In this document: positions 36,851-50,900 of the stretch, piece after piece | How positions within the stretch are numbered: position 1 is the stretch's first letter | How the letters are laid out: each line of letters starts with the position of its first letter | Source: Mizuhopecten yessoensis | Lineage: Eukaryota | DNA length: 62,791 nucleotides | NCBI RefSeq assembly: GCF_002113885.1 | Contig: NW_018407322.1 | Location: 955,224-1,018,014, forward strand | Reading direction: 5' to 3' | Translations under genes and position numbers: made by a program | Notes under the pieces: model-generated | What the model was told of the DNA's origin: nothing | Database searches by the model: none | The model's input: the letters and a program-made list of their open reading frames with translations, nothing else

Positions 36851-39800
36851 TTGAATTTCCTATGCGTACATTTGTTTCTATTATTCGTTACTTCCAGAAT
36901 TTACAAGAAAATTACAATGGTGGTTTCTACGAGAACAATTGCTGTGTATGTGGATTAGAGACTGTCTGTCTGGTTTTAAAGGAAACACTGTCCGGCTAGC
37001 CTCCGTCTCAAGCCTGTGGAACGCCTTGAGTTTCCCATCTAATGACTCACCTTTGTCCGTGTGCAGTCCAGCTACCGAACAGTCCATGTTGTTATGGAAA
37101 TGTATCTAATGGACATTTCCATATAAATAGTTCAATGAGGTTTGTCCACAGTGTAATGACATTGTCAAAGGCCCACACGATAGTAAGTAGCCGGGATGAA
37201 CATTGCTTGCAGGAGATCTTGTTAGAGTATGGAAAAGGCCTTGCTTTACGTTACTGATAGTATCGGAGCTTACGTAGCATGATTGTGTTGGATGTGATTA
37301 CACCAGGCTTTGTATCTCAAACACGGTTGTGAGAATCTCAGTCATCTTTTACCATCTGTTTAAGTACAACCATGACTACCTCTATCGTAAATGGTCTACA
37401 GGTATACATGTATATATTCAGTCACTAACATCAATAAGGATACTAGCCTAGATCATTATCAGAGACACCCACACAGATCAAGTTCATAAATAGATATAGC
37501 ACAGGCGCAATAATCTTACAAACAAGCTAAACAAAACAATATATAATCTTGTCTTCGTGAAATATAGTTGTAAAGACATGCATATTCGTAAAGATAAAGA
37601 ATTAAACACTGACATAATAAACTGTAAAATACTGACAAAATGTGCATATGGAACAACCACTTGCACAACAATATCTGTCTGCAGTTTCTCACTGGTACAC
37701 GTACTGTGTACAGTTCGATTGGGTTACTCGTCCGCAGCCATGTATCTATCTGTCCATGCCTTACCGAACTTAACTTTTAACAGACGCTGCTTAGTGTTAA
37801 ACAGAATCTGTCACGAGGGTGTAGGTGTTGGACACACTAGTCCAATCAGTAACCGGACGATAGATGGCACGACCGGCAAACGACTTGTGTCTGGACGACC
37901 TTTGACACATCGCACCTATTCCAACATCAGTTTCCGGCGACGTTCCTCGTCTGACGGCTCCCTCCGCCAGCCATAGACTGTATTATCAAATTATAAACGG
38001 AGAGGAATCCTAACAAGGCTATTCTACTTTTCTAGTTGACCTGAGGTCTTGACCTCAACGAAATTGAATATATGGCCCCGTTTATTGGTATGGCGTCGAT
38101 GGTTCTATTATTTATGTGCAAGTATTAGTTGGCTAGACACTACCAAGCTTACTTGGATAGCCTGTCACAGACCATACCGCTCTACGGCTCGACCAGAATA
38201 GCAGGGACATTGGCAATCATGCCAACAGGGGCTCGAGTCGGCGGTCATTTCAGCAACTTGTGAATGGCAGAGAAGCTAACGTTATTACTACGGGATCGAT
38301 GTGGTGTAGCCGGCGTAACGCCAACTATGAATGAGCAGTCTTTTCTCAGATGACGCTAATCATTTATACAACTGTGTGAACGAAGTATAATTTCTTGTCG
38401 GGATAGCAACTTACACTAACTATAGTATCTCATTTCTTCAATTCATTTGGTTCCTTCTTCAGCTTTTTTTCCCTTTTTATTTGCTATTTCAAACATTTTG
38501 GCAAATACGTTCGTCAAGTTCATGTTATTGGTGAACTCCACGTATTTTTTAATCATCCGAGTATACGTGTATCTTCTGTGTAACCATGCGTATACAGATG
38601 GAAACATTATTCTTACGTACTGCTTAATATGAGGGGATTGTGTGTAGACAGACATGTATATTGGCTAATAATCCAGATTGTAGGATACCTTTGGTTATTG
38701 AGAAAAATGGTAGCCGCCTTCAGCGGATGTAGAAAATAATCCACCACCTTGAACTGCGTTGTTATAGACTATCCAGGACGCGAGACACATACTATTTAGT
38801 TAGCAGGGTCTGCAGATGTCGGCTATTAAAGAAAAAAATGTAATTTTCTGCAGTTTGCAAGCCGTTCAATGTACACATGTATTTGTTGATATAAGTCGAC
38901 TTCCTTGGGTTAAAAGCAAGCTACGTCCTAAAGCATCATCATACTATTATCGCACAATGTTTGCTCGACTGGCCTTATGGCACCACGGAACGGCGTTCTC
39001 TTCTTAAAGCATTTAAAAAAACCGTAAACACGCATGTTCGTGAGTGGGAGTAATTCTGCGGGATAAGAGATTTTCCCGTACCTTCGTGTAATCTCTCTTT
39101 AACGGGGATTCGTCTGTCCCGTTGACATAACTGAATGTTCTGACTTCTCAGGCTAAATGAGCGTTCCACGTGAAAAACAATTGTTTTTTCATAAGATTTC
39201 CAATCAGACTGTTTGCTTTTCAGACGACTAGAAGTCAATGGTTGTTCTTTTTTTTTTTTTTTTTTTATCTTTGGTGGAATGGTGTGGTTTTCCTCTACGA
39301 TGCGTGTGACTCTTGCTATGCATCACGTGTGACTTAGAGCCCGTAATTCTGTGATAAATGATGTGTGACTAAAACCCCATAATTCTACGTTACAAATGTG
39401 TAACACAGAAACAACCATTATACAGTTGTTGGCATGTGTTTGGTCAATACGAGGATTTGTCGACCTGAAAACAAGATGAAGACGAAGGCTGAAGAGAGGG
39501 TCGTCAAATTCTCGTATTAACCTAATTACATTGAGTAACAGGTTGGTTATATGAAACATTACGTGGGCTACAGAAATTTTCCTCGTTTGACACAAGTAGA
39601 ACGTATTCTTGAGGTTGATAATCTCCGACTGTAATTTGGCATAACAAACATTAGTAGAACAAGTTATAATTTTCTATTCATAAAAAAATAAATGAATAAG
39701 TGTCGTAAGAATGCTTTAATTCTATTTGTTTTTAACATAACAGTAAGCATCTCTGCATACCAATACTTATGCTTTGATATCGGGCTTCAGTAATTAAGTT

Positions 39801-40194
39801 TGCTATGTCTCTTTAAAAACCCTTTTAATGTAAATGGTCCCGTTCTGTTGTACTATTTGTGTTTTTGGCCTCTTTTTCAATCAGAATTTTCAAAAACTCG
39901 CCATCAGTGACGCTCGCAAACTGAGCCACTTGCCCGTCGTCTGCTGTGTTTGTTTACAACGACGGAGCGCGGCAATCGGTAAACCGGCGTTTTGGTTGGA
40001 AAAAAATATATTAGGCAATGGAAATCCCCTGTTACTATTTATAGTACGAATTATGTTAACCACACGAGAGGTGATCGGGATGCAATGTAATTCTCTCGTG
40101 CAGGTGTCCAACAATAATCGTAATTTATTAGCACCTCTGAAGAGCTTTCAAACAATCACAAAAATATCTAAAATATTGTATAACAATTCACGAA

Positions 40195-40860
40195 TTCTAC
40201 AATACATAACGTGCGTGTGACGTAGAACCCATAATTCTACAATACATCACGTATGACGTAAAAACTGTTAATTCTAAAATACATCACGTAGGACGTAGAA
40301 CCCATAATTGTACAAAACACCAATATGAGGTAGAACTAATTATATAATGAAACATATTTAGAGCACACGTGACGTAGAACCCATAATTGTGTACAACATA
40401 TTAAGTGTGACATAGCCTGGTCTAAGCCTGCCAATATCTGTCTATGATAGTGTATATACCTGCTGAAATAAATGTATTTGTACATGTACTTGTATGTGTG
40501 TGTAAGTGTGTATGAGGTGTGTGAGATGTATCCTTCATGAGTTACTTCCCCTTAGCCTTGTGTTAATATGAATTATGTTGTGTTAATTTTGTCTAAAATA
40601 TTATGTCTCATTGTTTATTCTACTTTTGCCATTTGGCGGAGAGAATTTATATAGGCTTTGCCTGTTATTCTATCCATTTGACTATGACATCTTGTCAATA
40701 AAAGTTGATCTTTTATAAAAAATAAAGTGTGACGATGAACCATTAATTCTTCAATGCAGCATATGTGACATTGAACCAATGATTCTACAACATATCTCGT
40801 TTAATGTAATCATTACAATATTCCAATAATTCTACAATGCATAACGTGTGATTTGAATCT
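40195..40860. repeat. Degenerate ~36-40-bp repeat interrupted by a LINE 3' end
   Basis: gtgacgtagaacccataattctacaatacatcac-like units on both sides of 40412-40724. Confidence 0.6.
40412..40724 (+). mobile_element. 5'-truncated LINE 3' UTR (CR1-like) with a 9-bp TSD
   Basis: TSD aagtgtgac at 40403-40411 and 40725-40733. TG-rich UTR, a hairpin (ataggctttgcctgt), AATAAA and an A-rich tail. Confidence 0.65.
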
Positions 40861-42454
40861 AAAATAATTTTAAATAGACCCACTGATTCGCGATAAAATT
40901 GATATTTAGTAGATTTGTCACGTCTGGTCTTTGATTTATTTGGAGTAGATTATAACTTCCGGTTGCATGGCCAATTATGACCATAAGCCTAGATCACTAC
41001 GTGGTCGTTTACTGGGTTATAGGTAATATACAGCGGTTTGATGTCAACATTACCAGATCAATGGAGCCAGGTAAATTAGACCTGCTTTCTGCACATCCTT
41101 CGATTGTAGTTATTATTTTACATCACCAGCAGTAACTCTTAGAATAAATGTAGTTTGCCGTCTTTAAATCCAGTCTAAGAAGAGTTTGATTTGATCATCG
41201 ATTTTCAAATGAATTTTATCACCAATGCAGAGCATTCAGACTGGCAGTAATCTTGGTCTATATAATGTCGTGGCGAGCGCTAAGTGTCAGCTATCGATAC
41301 AGATGAAAAATTCGCTACATTCCCCCACCACGTCATCCTCAGACCCAATATGACACTGACCGCACTCTCATCACACACTCCCGAGACCGCTAATGCAAAT
41401 TGTAAAAAGCGATGAATTAGGTTTTGTGGTTTGTATTAACAGATTAAGCCGCCATCACGTTCTCGGAAGCCTTAGTTAACTTGCCTGCCTATATGTGTCG
41501 TTAAACTCAGCACGCGGCATCAGTGGACTTCGCTAATTGATGACGAAGTCAATTGGATAGTTCATGATTAACGGAAGGCTACACGGTAATAGTGATACAG
41601 GTGGCCATCCTTTATTCAAGGCAATTTCACAACGCTTTCCCTTTGTAACGCTAGTTTTGTCATCCCCAACAGATTCTGGATTAAGACGTCACACACATCA
41701 TTCCGTGTTGTAAGTACTTCGGGGACCTTATTTTTCCTACTTTGTCTTTTCCTTTCTCCATATATTTATCAACACATCGCCGGTAAGGTAGTGCAGCTTA
41801 ATGCAGAAGGTTGAAGGGTCATTTGTCTCTTTGTCGTTATAATTTTAGTTTTATGTGGAAAGTCGTTAGCGGGCTATAGTATTTACAGGTAATGTTCATG
41901 GCACTATACATGCCATTTGTAACTGTGTTATGCGAGTTTTTCATTAGGACTGGTTGGTGTTCCCTTTTCCAATAATGGTCCCATGCTTATCGGACAATTG
42001 ATTCACGTCAGTTTAATTTTTCCAGGCTAGGGAATAAAAAAAATGTTCGAGCTGAGCACAGAATATTTACATGTTTCTTCAAAACTTCAAAATGCTTGAA
42101 GTAACAAAAAAACAACTATAATCAGCTCTGTTATTATTTTCTTTTGTAGTAATTCTTTCAATCTTTTAATGTAAAATTTATTTGATACATTATAGAGTTT
42201 TAAATCAATTTTGATCAAAATTATGTTGCAATTTAAAATACTGCGTGAAATAATTTGGAGAATCAGGATTAAAAACATAATCTGAGCTAACATTTATCGT
42301 CTCATTTTCTTATAAAGACTAATGTTTTGTATTATACAATTTTTTTTTACCCTTTTAAAGCTAAAAATCAAGCATCTTTCTAGATTATCACACAATAATA
42401 TATAGCTTTCTAGACTAAAAGACCATAATATACAGTTTTTGTAAACCATAATAC

Positions 42455-43690
42455 AATGATATAGAGCTTTCTAGGTCAGCGTACCATAACATAGAGCTTT
42501 CTAGGTCAGCGTACCATTACATAGACCTTTCTAGGTCAGCGTACCATTACATAGAGCTTTCTAGGTCAGTGTACCATTACATAGAGCTTTCTAGGTCAGT
42601 GCACCATTACAGAGAGCTTTCTAGGTCAGTGCACCATTACATAGAGCTTTCTAGGTCAGCGTACCATTACATAGAGCTTTCAAGGTCAGCGTACCATTAC
42701 ATAGAGCTTTCAAGGTCAGTGTACCATTAAAAAGATCTTTCAAGGTCAGTGTACCATTACATAGCGCTTTCAAGGTCAGTGTACCATTACATAGAACTTT
42801 CAAGGTCAGCGTACCATTACATAGAACTTTCAAGGTCAGCGTACCATTAAATAGAGCTTTCAAGGTCAGCGTACCATTACATAGAGCTTTCTAGGTCAGT
42901 GCACCATTACATAGAGCTTTCAAGGTCAGCGTACAATCTACTTCAATACCGTACCACGTTGCACCATTACATAGAGCTTTCAAGGTCAGCGTACCATAAC
43001 ATAGAGCTTTCTAGGTCAGTGTACCATTACATAAAGCTTTCAAGGTCAGGTAACCATTACATAGAGCTTTCAAGGTCAGCGTATCATTACAGAGAGCTTC
43101 CAAGGTCAACGTACCATTACATAGAGCTTTCTAGGTCAGCGTACCATTACATAGAGCTTTCATGGTCAGCGTACCATTACATAGAGCTTTCAAGGTCAAC
43201 GTACCATTACATAGAGCTTTCTAGGTCAGTGTACCATAACATAGAGCTTTCTTGGTCAGTGTACCATAACATAGAGCTTTCAAGGTCAGCGTACCATTAC
43301 ATAAAGCTTTCAAGGTCAGCGTACCATGACATAGAGCTTTCTAGGTCAACGTACCATTACATAGAGCTTCCTAGGTCAGCGTACCATTACAGAGAGCTTT
43401 CTAGGTCAGCGTACCATTACATAGAGCTTTCAAGGTCAGCATACCATTACATAGAGCTTTCAAGGTCAGCGTACCATTACAGAGAGCTTTCAAGGTCAAC
43501 GTACCATTACATATATAGAGCTTTCTAGGTCAGCGTACCATTACATAGAGCTTTCTAGGTCAGCGTACCATGATATAGAGCTTTCTAGGTCAGCGTACCA
43601 TGACATAGAGCTTTCTAGGTCAGCGTACCATTACATAGAGCTTTCTAGGTCAGCGTACCATGATATAGAATTGTTTTAGGTCAGCATATC
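42455..43690. repeat. 30-bp minisatellite
   Basis: Unit gtaccattacatagagctttc(a/t)aggtcagc, about 41 copies. Confidence 0.97.
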
Positions 43691-44087
43691 ATGTACTTTT
43701 TTTGTGCAGTCATACCAAGGACTATAAATATTTCACGGCAATCTACTTCAATACCGTACCACGTCCTTGACAATCACACCTCAGGGCTAAATATACAACA
43801 TACTAGATCCTCACCCCTCCTTAAACTTTATGTCAGACCATGGGACGGTTACATACAACTTTCAAGGCCTTCATATATACAGCTTTCTACACCGTCACAT
43901 CTCAATTAAAAGTTTTATATAGGTTACTCCGTTTGTATTTATTTCCGAAACTTTTCAAGAATCTTTATCAACAACGTGTCATTGTAAAATTCTTTCCCAA
44001 AAAACTGTTTCTTCTTTTGAAAAAACAACGAATTATGTGCATAACCATATTTAATCAATCGAATTAAACACATGTTTGCTCTTATTT

Positions 44088-44202
44088 CTTAATGACCATG
44101 TTCTTTACTTATTGACCATGTTCTTTACTTAATGATCATGCTCTTTACTTAATGACCATGTTCTTTACTTAATGACCATGTTCTTTACTTAATGACCATG
44201 TT
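44088..44202. repeat. 20-bp tandem repeat
   Basis: aatgaccatgttctttactt, about 5.5 copies. Confidence 0.9.
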
Positions 44203-44209
44203 ATTTCTA

Positions 44210-44930
44210 ATGAGACTTTTCATATCGATGAAAGGCGACAGATGTTACTATTATACGGCTATGATCTATTTTATGGCATATTGTTTGAAGAAAATAACGA
44301 AAGCAAAGCTTAGGTATACTGAAGATGAAATCGTGAGTACGATTGAATTCTCTGCTTGACTATATATCTTTGTTCAGTTCGATGGCAAGATTTTTCAGCA
44401 GATTGATGACATAACTATAAGAGAAAATGCCTTTGTCGACTTGTTTTGTTTAAATACAAGGCTGAGTTTATCGAAAAGCTTATCAACACACACACGTACA
44501 CAGATCTTATGATGTCATCGGTGATGCATTTTCTAATAATAACAAGACGTTTATTGACCTGTCGATCTTATATACCTTTCTGGTTTTAAAGTCAAAGACA
44601 CTACAAACGTTTTTGAATCAGATATTGAACTCAATTTTTACTCGAGCTGTATAAGTGTAAATGTTTCAATTTTCCGATTGTGAAGATTCCCTTTCTTGAT
44701 AGTAACATTCCTGATTTCTCACAAACGGTATTTACATGTCGCAGTTTGTTCAATATTCACGGACTTGTTCAAGATGTATCCATTTCTGTAAAGATGTCGA
44801 ATTCTGACGGACCATCTTACGACAAATTTTCAGCATGGCGGGTTGATGAAGACTACATGCAAGTTTAATGGTCGCCAACATGATGTCATTTGAAACTATT
44901 ACGTTTCCTAATGCGATATGAATATCGACA
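44210..44930 (+). mobile_element. Decayed Penelope-like element reverse transcriptase
   Basis: Broken frames read YTEDEIVSTIEF, YIFVQFDGKIFQQI, YKAEFIEKL, VKDTT and FNFPIVKIPFLDSNIP. These match the PLE RT pattern (..IFVQFGG.VFQQ..GIPMG, YEAEFIQ, FNFPIVNFPFLSSNIP) as recalled. Confidence 0.8.
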
Positions 44931-47900
44931 CTTTTCATCATGCTCATAAGTGTTCTTTGTCATTTCGAGGTCATTACCCCTATTCTCTCTTTGAGAGCGT
45001 GGCCTAACCTGGATTTGCTCTTGATTGATATGGCTTGCCGTACGTTTTGTTCATGGATAATGAGACACACTGATCTATTCTCGTAACTTTTTAAACGTAT
45101 CTATGCAAATATGTTCTTTGTTAATATTTTACTGAAGTTTCAGCATGAATTACGATTTTTTTTACCACGCAGTGTGTTTGACCAGATCTATAGACAATCA
45201 CATCACATTATACAGTGGTTATCATTGCCGTACTGAACCAAATTATACGGCATTCTATCTGATCAGTGTACAATTATCCAATTTGAATGAGAAGAAAGCA
45301 GCCGTGGGTGTTCTTATCTACATGACTTCCGGTCAAAGAGTGGCGATCATGCCAATATGTCGATGCTTCGTGTACGATTATATTAGGACTGAACTTTTAA
45401 CTATAATCTTTTTGTGATACTTTCCGGAAGCTAATGTGACACGATATGTTGCTTTTATCGCGGTTTCAGCCTCCATGCTAGTGAGAATAGCCGAGATAAA
45501 TCGCTTGGAACTATTTGCAAACAACCGGCTGTGTGTACCTGCCTGTGGACACGCCACATCATACCGACAACCCGTGTATAACAGTGATCTATCACCCATT
45601 GTAAAAGGTAGTCACCTGTACGACGGCGTCATTCCCGCAACGATCACACCCGTTTAGTAAGTGTTAAATGGCGGAACACAATGACCCCTCGACATGTACT
45701 TCCGGTACAAGTATATACATCCACAACACGGAATGATGCATTGTGTCACCATTGATCTTACTCAGCTTAACATTTGTTGATTACCAAATCTCTGTTGTGA
45801 TGGCTACTTGATTATGACCACCTGTGTCCTGACTGTCTTGAAATTCTGCAAATTATCTTTTCGAACACTTTAGACAGGAATGTCCTTCGTTAAACCCAGT
45901 GCTGATTCTTTTAGTACGTCCACTTTGTCTAGCATCTTAACTTGGACTACTGATATGTTTCTTCCATGACACATATAATGTACCAAAAGACCATATTCTA
46001 AATCCATGTTTAGTTAAGTAGTACATTACTATTGTAGTACTGTTAAAGTCACATACATAAGTATTGCAGTACTTTGTTATAGTCACTGATTTGAAATTCA
46101 GTGTTGTGTCTAGCTACAAGTAGCCACGGCAAATGGCGTAACAGTAGTTTGGTAGCCCCCGCCTTGGTCTGTGTGCAGAGCGCTCTATTAGCAAGTTTAA
46201 TACACATGACACATAGTTATCCGAAGACAGAGATTCAAGGAGACACGTCACGCCTCGGGACATCAGACTTGATTATAAAATATCTCATAAATAATTGATT
46301 ATACAATCAGAAACAGTAAGATGCGTTCACAGAAAATCCAACTTTTACAGGCGGACTGCCTGGTCGTGGATAAGGCATATGGGCATGTTTCTAGAGTAAA
46401 CAACGATTGAGCAAGGTTCCAGAAAAGTTCTAGAGTGAGCAGTATACTCGGATGTCGATTGATCACGTTTGACAAACTGAAACGAGGTGGTAGTTAGTTG
46501 TCCTTATTTACCAGTAAAGGACATTTAACAAACAGGCTCGTCTCCGGTCTTGCAATGATGTTGTAACGGATCATGGAAACCAGTCTTTGTCTGTTATATT
46601 TATCTCTACAATAATAACTGATAACCGGCGGACATAGATACATCCAGGATGTAATACTAGTCTTTCTTTAAAGTTTCATGATGTTGTAGACATTTTGTTT
46701 TAAAATCGATAAAATGCCATTTATGAGTAATGATTGTGGTTGTAAACACGGCTTGTATTGCAGAATGCATGTATGTCGCTCTTACACCTCACACCCAGGG
46801 AATAACAAACGATGTTCATGTTGGACAATCAGGGCGAGAACATTCTCAATGTCTTATTTATATTTAGTAAAAAAAGAAGGAGAGAATCCTCGGATTGTCG
46901 TTTAAGCTACAGGATGGTTGTGGGAGCAACAAGTAGCGTTATTAGTATTCGTTTACAATGTACAGAGGTACGATATATACTACGTTCGGGATTGTCGATA
47001 GCATGCAGGCTGGAGCTAACAGGTGCGACAATGGAAAGGCCAAAGTTGCATGATTTGCGTTAACTGGCAAGTAACACTGCATGCACACATCTATTACATC
47101 AGTGTCTATACGACACGTACTCAGTGCAGGCTAATAGGATTCGGGTATTACATATAAACAAGTCTAAACGCTCCCGACTCAAACAAATAGGATTGCTCAT
47201 GGTATGTTCGATAGACAGCGCAAAGAGCCATTGGGACGTGATTCAAAATGTTCTGATTTTTTCTCGATAAACAATAAAACATTGGTGAAACCTTCCGTGT
47301 GATCATTTGTGGAAAGAAGACGTGCGCCTGAGGGCTAAGGGAATCATTGAGACGTTCAATGGCAGTCAGAATGGTTGCGTGCTATTTGTAATTTGGAAAT
47401 ATCTATCTCGTTTTATGAAATAGTGATCGGAACTATATTTCCATTCCAATCTAGGACGAATTGGCATTGCAAGTTTGATTAACCAGACAAAGAAAAAAGT
47501 GGCTTAGCTACGTAATTTTATCAAACCTGTTAAACATTTTGATTACTGATACCTGTATATCTTGTAATTAACACGATGACCTTGTTTGAAATATGAAAAT
47601 CAGGTAGTGCGTTTTAGCAGAAACCATTTCAATATTTTCATTTTTTTATGAATGAATATTTTCAGTTGGTTATATTTCTATTGTATTTCTATATCAAATA
47701 AGTTTACACTAATATTATTACTGAATTGTATTAGTATATGGCACATTTTATACTTAAAATATTATTTGTTGATTTTATTGGGCAATTTTATAGATGTTGT
47801 TATAGTAGAGATATTTCGATTTTATTCAAAAGTCTTTTCATTTGCTTCTATATTCTTATCCAACATGTCATTGGAGCTCCTTGAGATATTTAGACTGAAC

Positions 47901-50900
47901 TCGTTATGCAAATCTACATTTGATTTGTTTAGTTATATAACGAACGTAAATAAAATATGTTTTTATCATTGCTTAACAACAGTGACTAATTAAAATATTG
48001 ATAGAAATTTTTACAAAACGTCGTGAAATAGAAATTGCAAAGTAAACGCAAATTAAATTATCAAAGTTATTGGTAATGTTTATTGACTTTAAAACTTAAT
48101 TTACAAAGTGCAGCATACCCTGTTGTTGATTTATGAAGTCACATCAGAAGATATCTTCGTCTGCAAATATCCAAAACAATGGTTTGACTTTAACACCTGT
48201 ACAGAACCTTAACTTGTGACAAGGTTACCAGATTTCGTGTTAACTAACTTACCTCAGTTGGAGAAGTATCCATTTGCATAACTAGTTGGAAGAGCCTGCA
48301 GCCCTACCCATGTTATATAGCCCTGAAAAGATGAGACCAGGGCGTTACCACAAAGCTCCCTCGTGGGGCCGTGGCGTCACCACAGTCGATCGTGTAGGGA
48401 CGGAGCGTCACAAAAAGCTCCCACGTGGGTGTCAAAAATAAGCTCCCGTGTAGGGCCTAACCTCGGGGTACACCACCTACTCGCCTGTCGGGTTTCGCAG
48501 AAACATATCTCTATAACTTGTGTGTTCACTGAGATACCATTTTTTGCCAATGATGTAACCACTTGGTATCTCTAATATGTATCAACCACTTCGGGAACAT
48601 ACTTTTACACCCAAGAAACACCACGTGTTGCCCACACTTTTAGAGTATCCCAACTAGTTTCCATAAGTTTCCGAGAGCGCGCGGGAGTAGGTGTGCACGA
48701 GCTGCAGTGGTTCGCCACTGTGATCAGCTGTTGCTTGCGCCTCCCTTATCTGGCTAGCGCCTTTTTTGCTAAGTCAATTATAGACATATACAGGCTGGGA
48801 AGCACAACTGTCCCAAAAGGTTTGCTAGTTTCCTGGAAAATCAATGCAGGATCTCGCCATGAATCATATCCTTGAATTAAAGACTGTTTTTTAAGGACAA
48901 GACACCACTCACTTCAAACTCAATGGGGTCCGGTATTGTTACCCATTGGTCACAACACTCCTTGTCACACCTTGTAGTCGTTGCGTGTTTGGTCAATGTT
49001 CAAACAAAGCATGGCCTGTTTGTCGAGATGTAAATAGTACTCCTTGTGCATTAAGTCGTATTTATGTAATAGACAAGCGTCATGTGGTCAATACAAGTGG
49101 CCGAGATACTAATTGTTATTGTAGGTGGTGGCCACCTTCTCTATAGTAAGATCGATGGTCATTGTTGTCAATACTAAGTATATCATTATACCACAACGAT
49201 CGGTACACATTCTGAGTACAGGTTTACAGTGATCGTTACTCATACTTGTCCACAGAAAAGTTTCGCCCATGGACGACGGTCTTTCCTACGTTCATTGTAA
49301 TCTTCCTGTATCAGTCTCTGTATGACTTAAGCTATGGAGTATACATAATCGACTCTTGGTCAGCAAGATATCCAAAATGTTCAAGTTAAGAAATATCAGG
49401 TGTTCTATCTTAAGATCCCAACTGATTTGCCTAGCGAATCCGAATGATTCTCGCTCATTGAACGCAACTTCAGTAATAAAAATCCGAGTGATTATAGTTC
49501 AAGTGTATATCCCAAAGCGTGTTTTATAGATGGTTATCCCCAATGACTACAGCACAAGAGTATCAAACCAGATTTAGTTCAGGTGTATATTTTCCAGTTT
49601 ACCTAATGTAGCGGCAGGGATATCGGTCTTTCAGTCCTTGGTTTTGATTCCTTGCTAACTTGGAACAAGTATTACGTAATACCAAATGAAAACACGTGGT
49701 CTTGTCCAAAAGTCCGGGCGCCAGTGGACCAGTTTCATTGCGGTAAACATGGAAGTAGAGCATCTGTAACGAGTGGATGAAAAACCAATAAAATGATTTG
49801 ATTTGGCTGTGGCACTTCACCGAGGATAGCGCACAGGTAGACATGGAATTAACCGCTAACCAGTAATGTGGGACGTGTAAACCACTCAACCAGAACGTCA
49901 CCAGGGAAGCAGAAACTCGTCACTGTACCGTCCATCTGCTAATGAATCCGACCCGACATTTGTACCCTCGTCCGTCTCCGAGCTCTGTATCATTCACAGT
50001 TACACATGTATTATAGCACGGGCCGTCACACGATAATCCCGTCCTGTTTGTCATTGATTCGTAAAGGCATTAATTCCTTTCTAGCGGCGCGGCGTGCCTT
50101 GGGTATGTCCCCGTGGTAATGCACTATAACTCTCTGTCACTAGTATTCATAGTATTGGACTTGCATAGATGCTGGCCTATGTATTGCATTTCCATATAAT
50201 ATAGTATCGTCGTTCTCAAGCTTTTTTTGTTCTGTCATTTTCTGGGTAACATATTTTGAAGAATAATTCTGCGAAAACATATCTTTCTTCATTGTTACAA
50301 AAAATAGTTAGATAATGTAACTGGCATTTCCAATCTTCAGTTCTGTTTATGGTAATCAGCTGATCGTCAGAACTCGATATGAATGTTTTCCACACACTAA
50401 TGTTTTTGTTGTCCAACATATTGTCACATTAGGTAGATATGCGGGTTTATTATCATTGGTCACATCGTCTCTATAATGATGGTCCTTTAGTGCCACTGCA
50501 TGATCCATCGCTCCTACATGTAGTGACAACACGGTACGATACCACCAATGCTAGTCTACAAATGTAGGTTTTATAGAATTAACATGGAGACACCGTGTCA
50601 GAATTGCTCCTTGAAGAGTAAGCCTTGTCATCGAGAATGCGTACACACGAGATTTATCATCACCTCCACCCTTTGTCACTGTGCTACCCTAGATGTGAGG
50701 TGAAGTTTCCCCGGCAAACATCCAATTAGTGCAGCTTCCCAGTCAAACATCCTCACTATGACAAATATCTACAAATACTCGTGTAAGGTGTAATCCTACA
50801 GTAATCATTCAAGTGCGTCACACAACCTTTTTGTCTCATGTGTGGTTTGATTTTCTCCCGCTTTATTTGAGGGCTATGTCGGGCGGCGGCCCCTTATTTA

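Noticed and set aside
36880-37260. Possible DIRS RNase H relic (KLQWW, HINS)
   Set aside because: The motifs are too short and out of the expected spacing, and the diagnostic TDAS motif is absent.
48300-50200. Possible decayed viral or retroelement coding region
   Set aside because: My translations gave no motif I could assign; 48340-48460 is only a short degenerate repeat.
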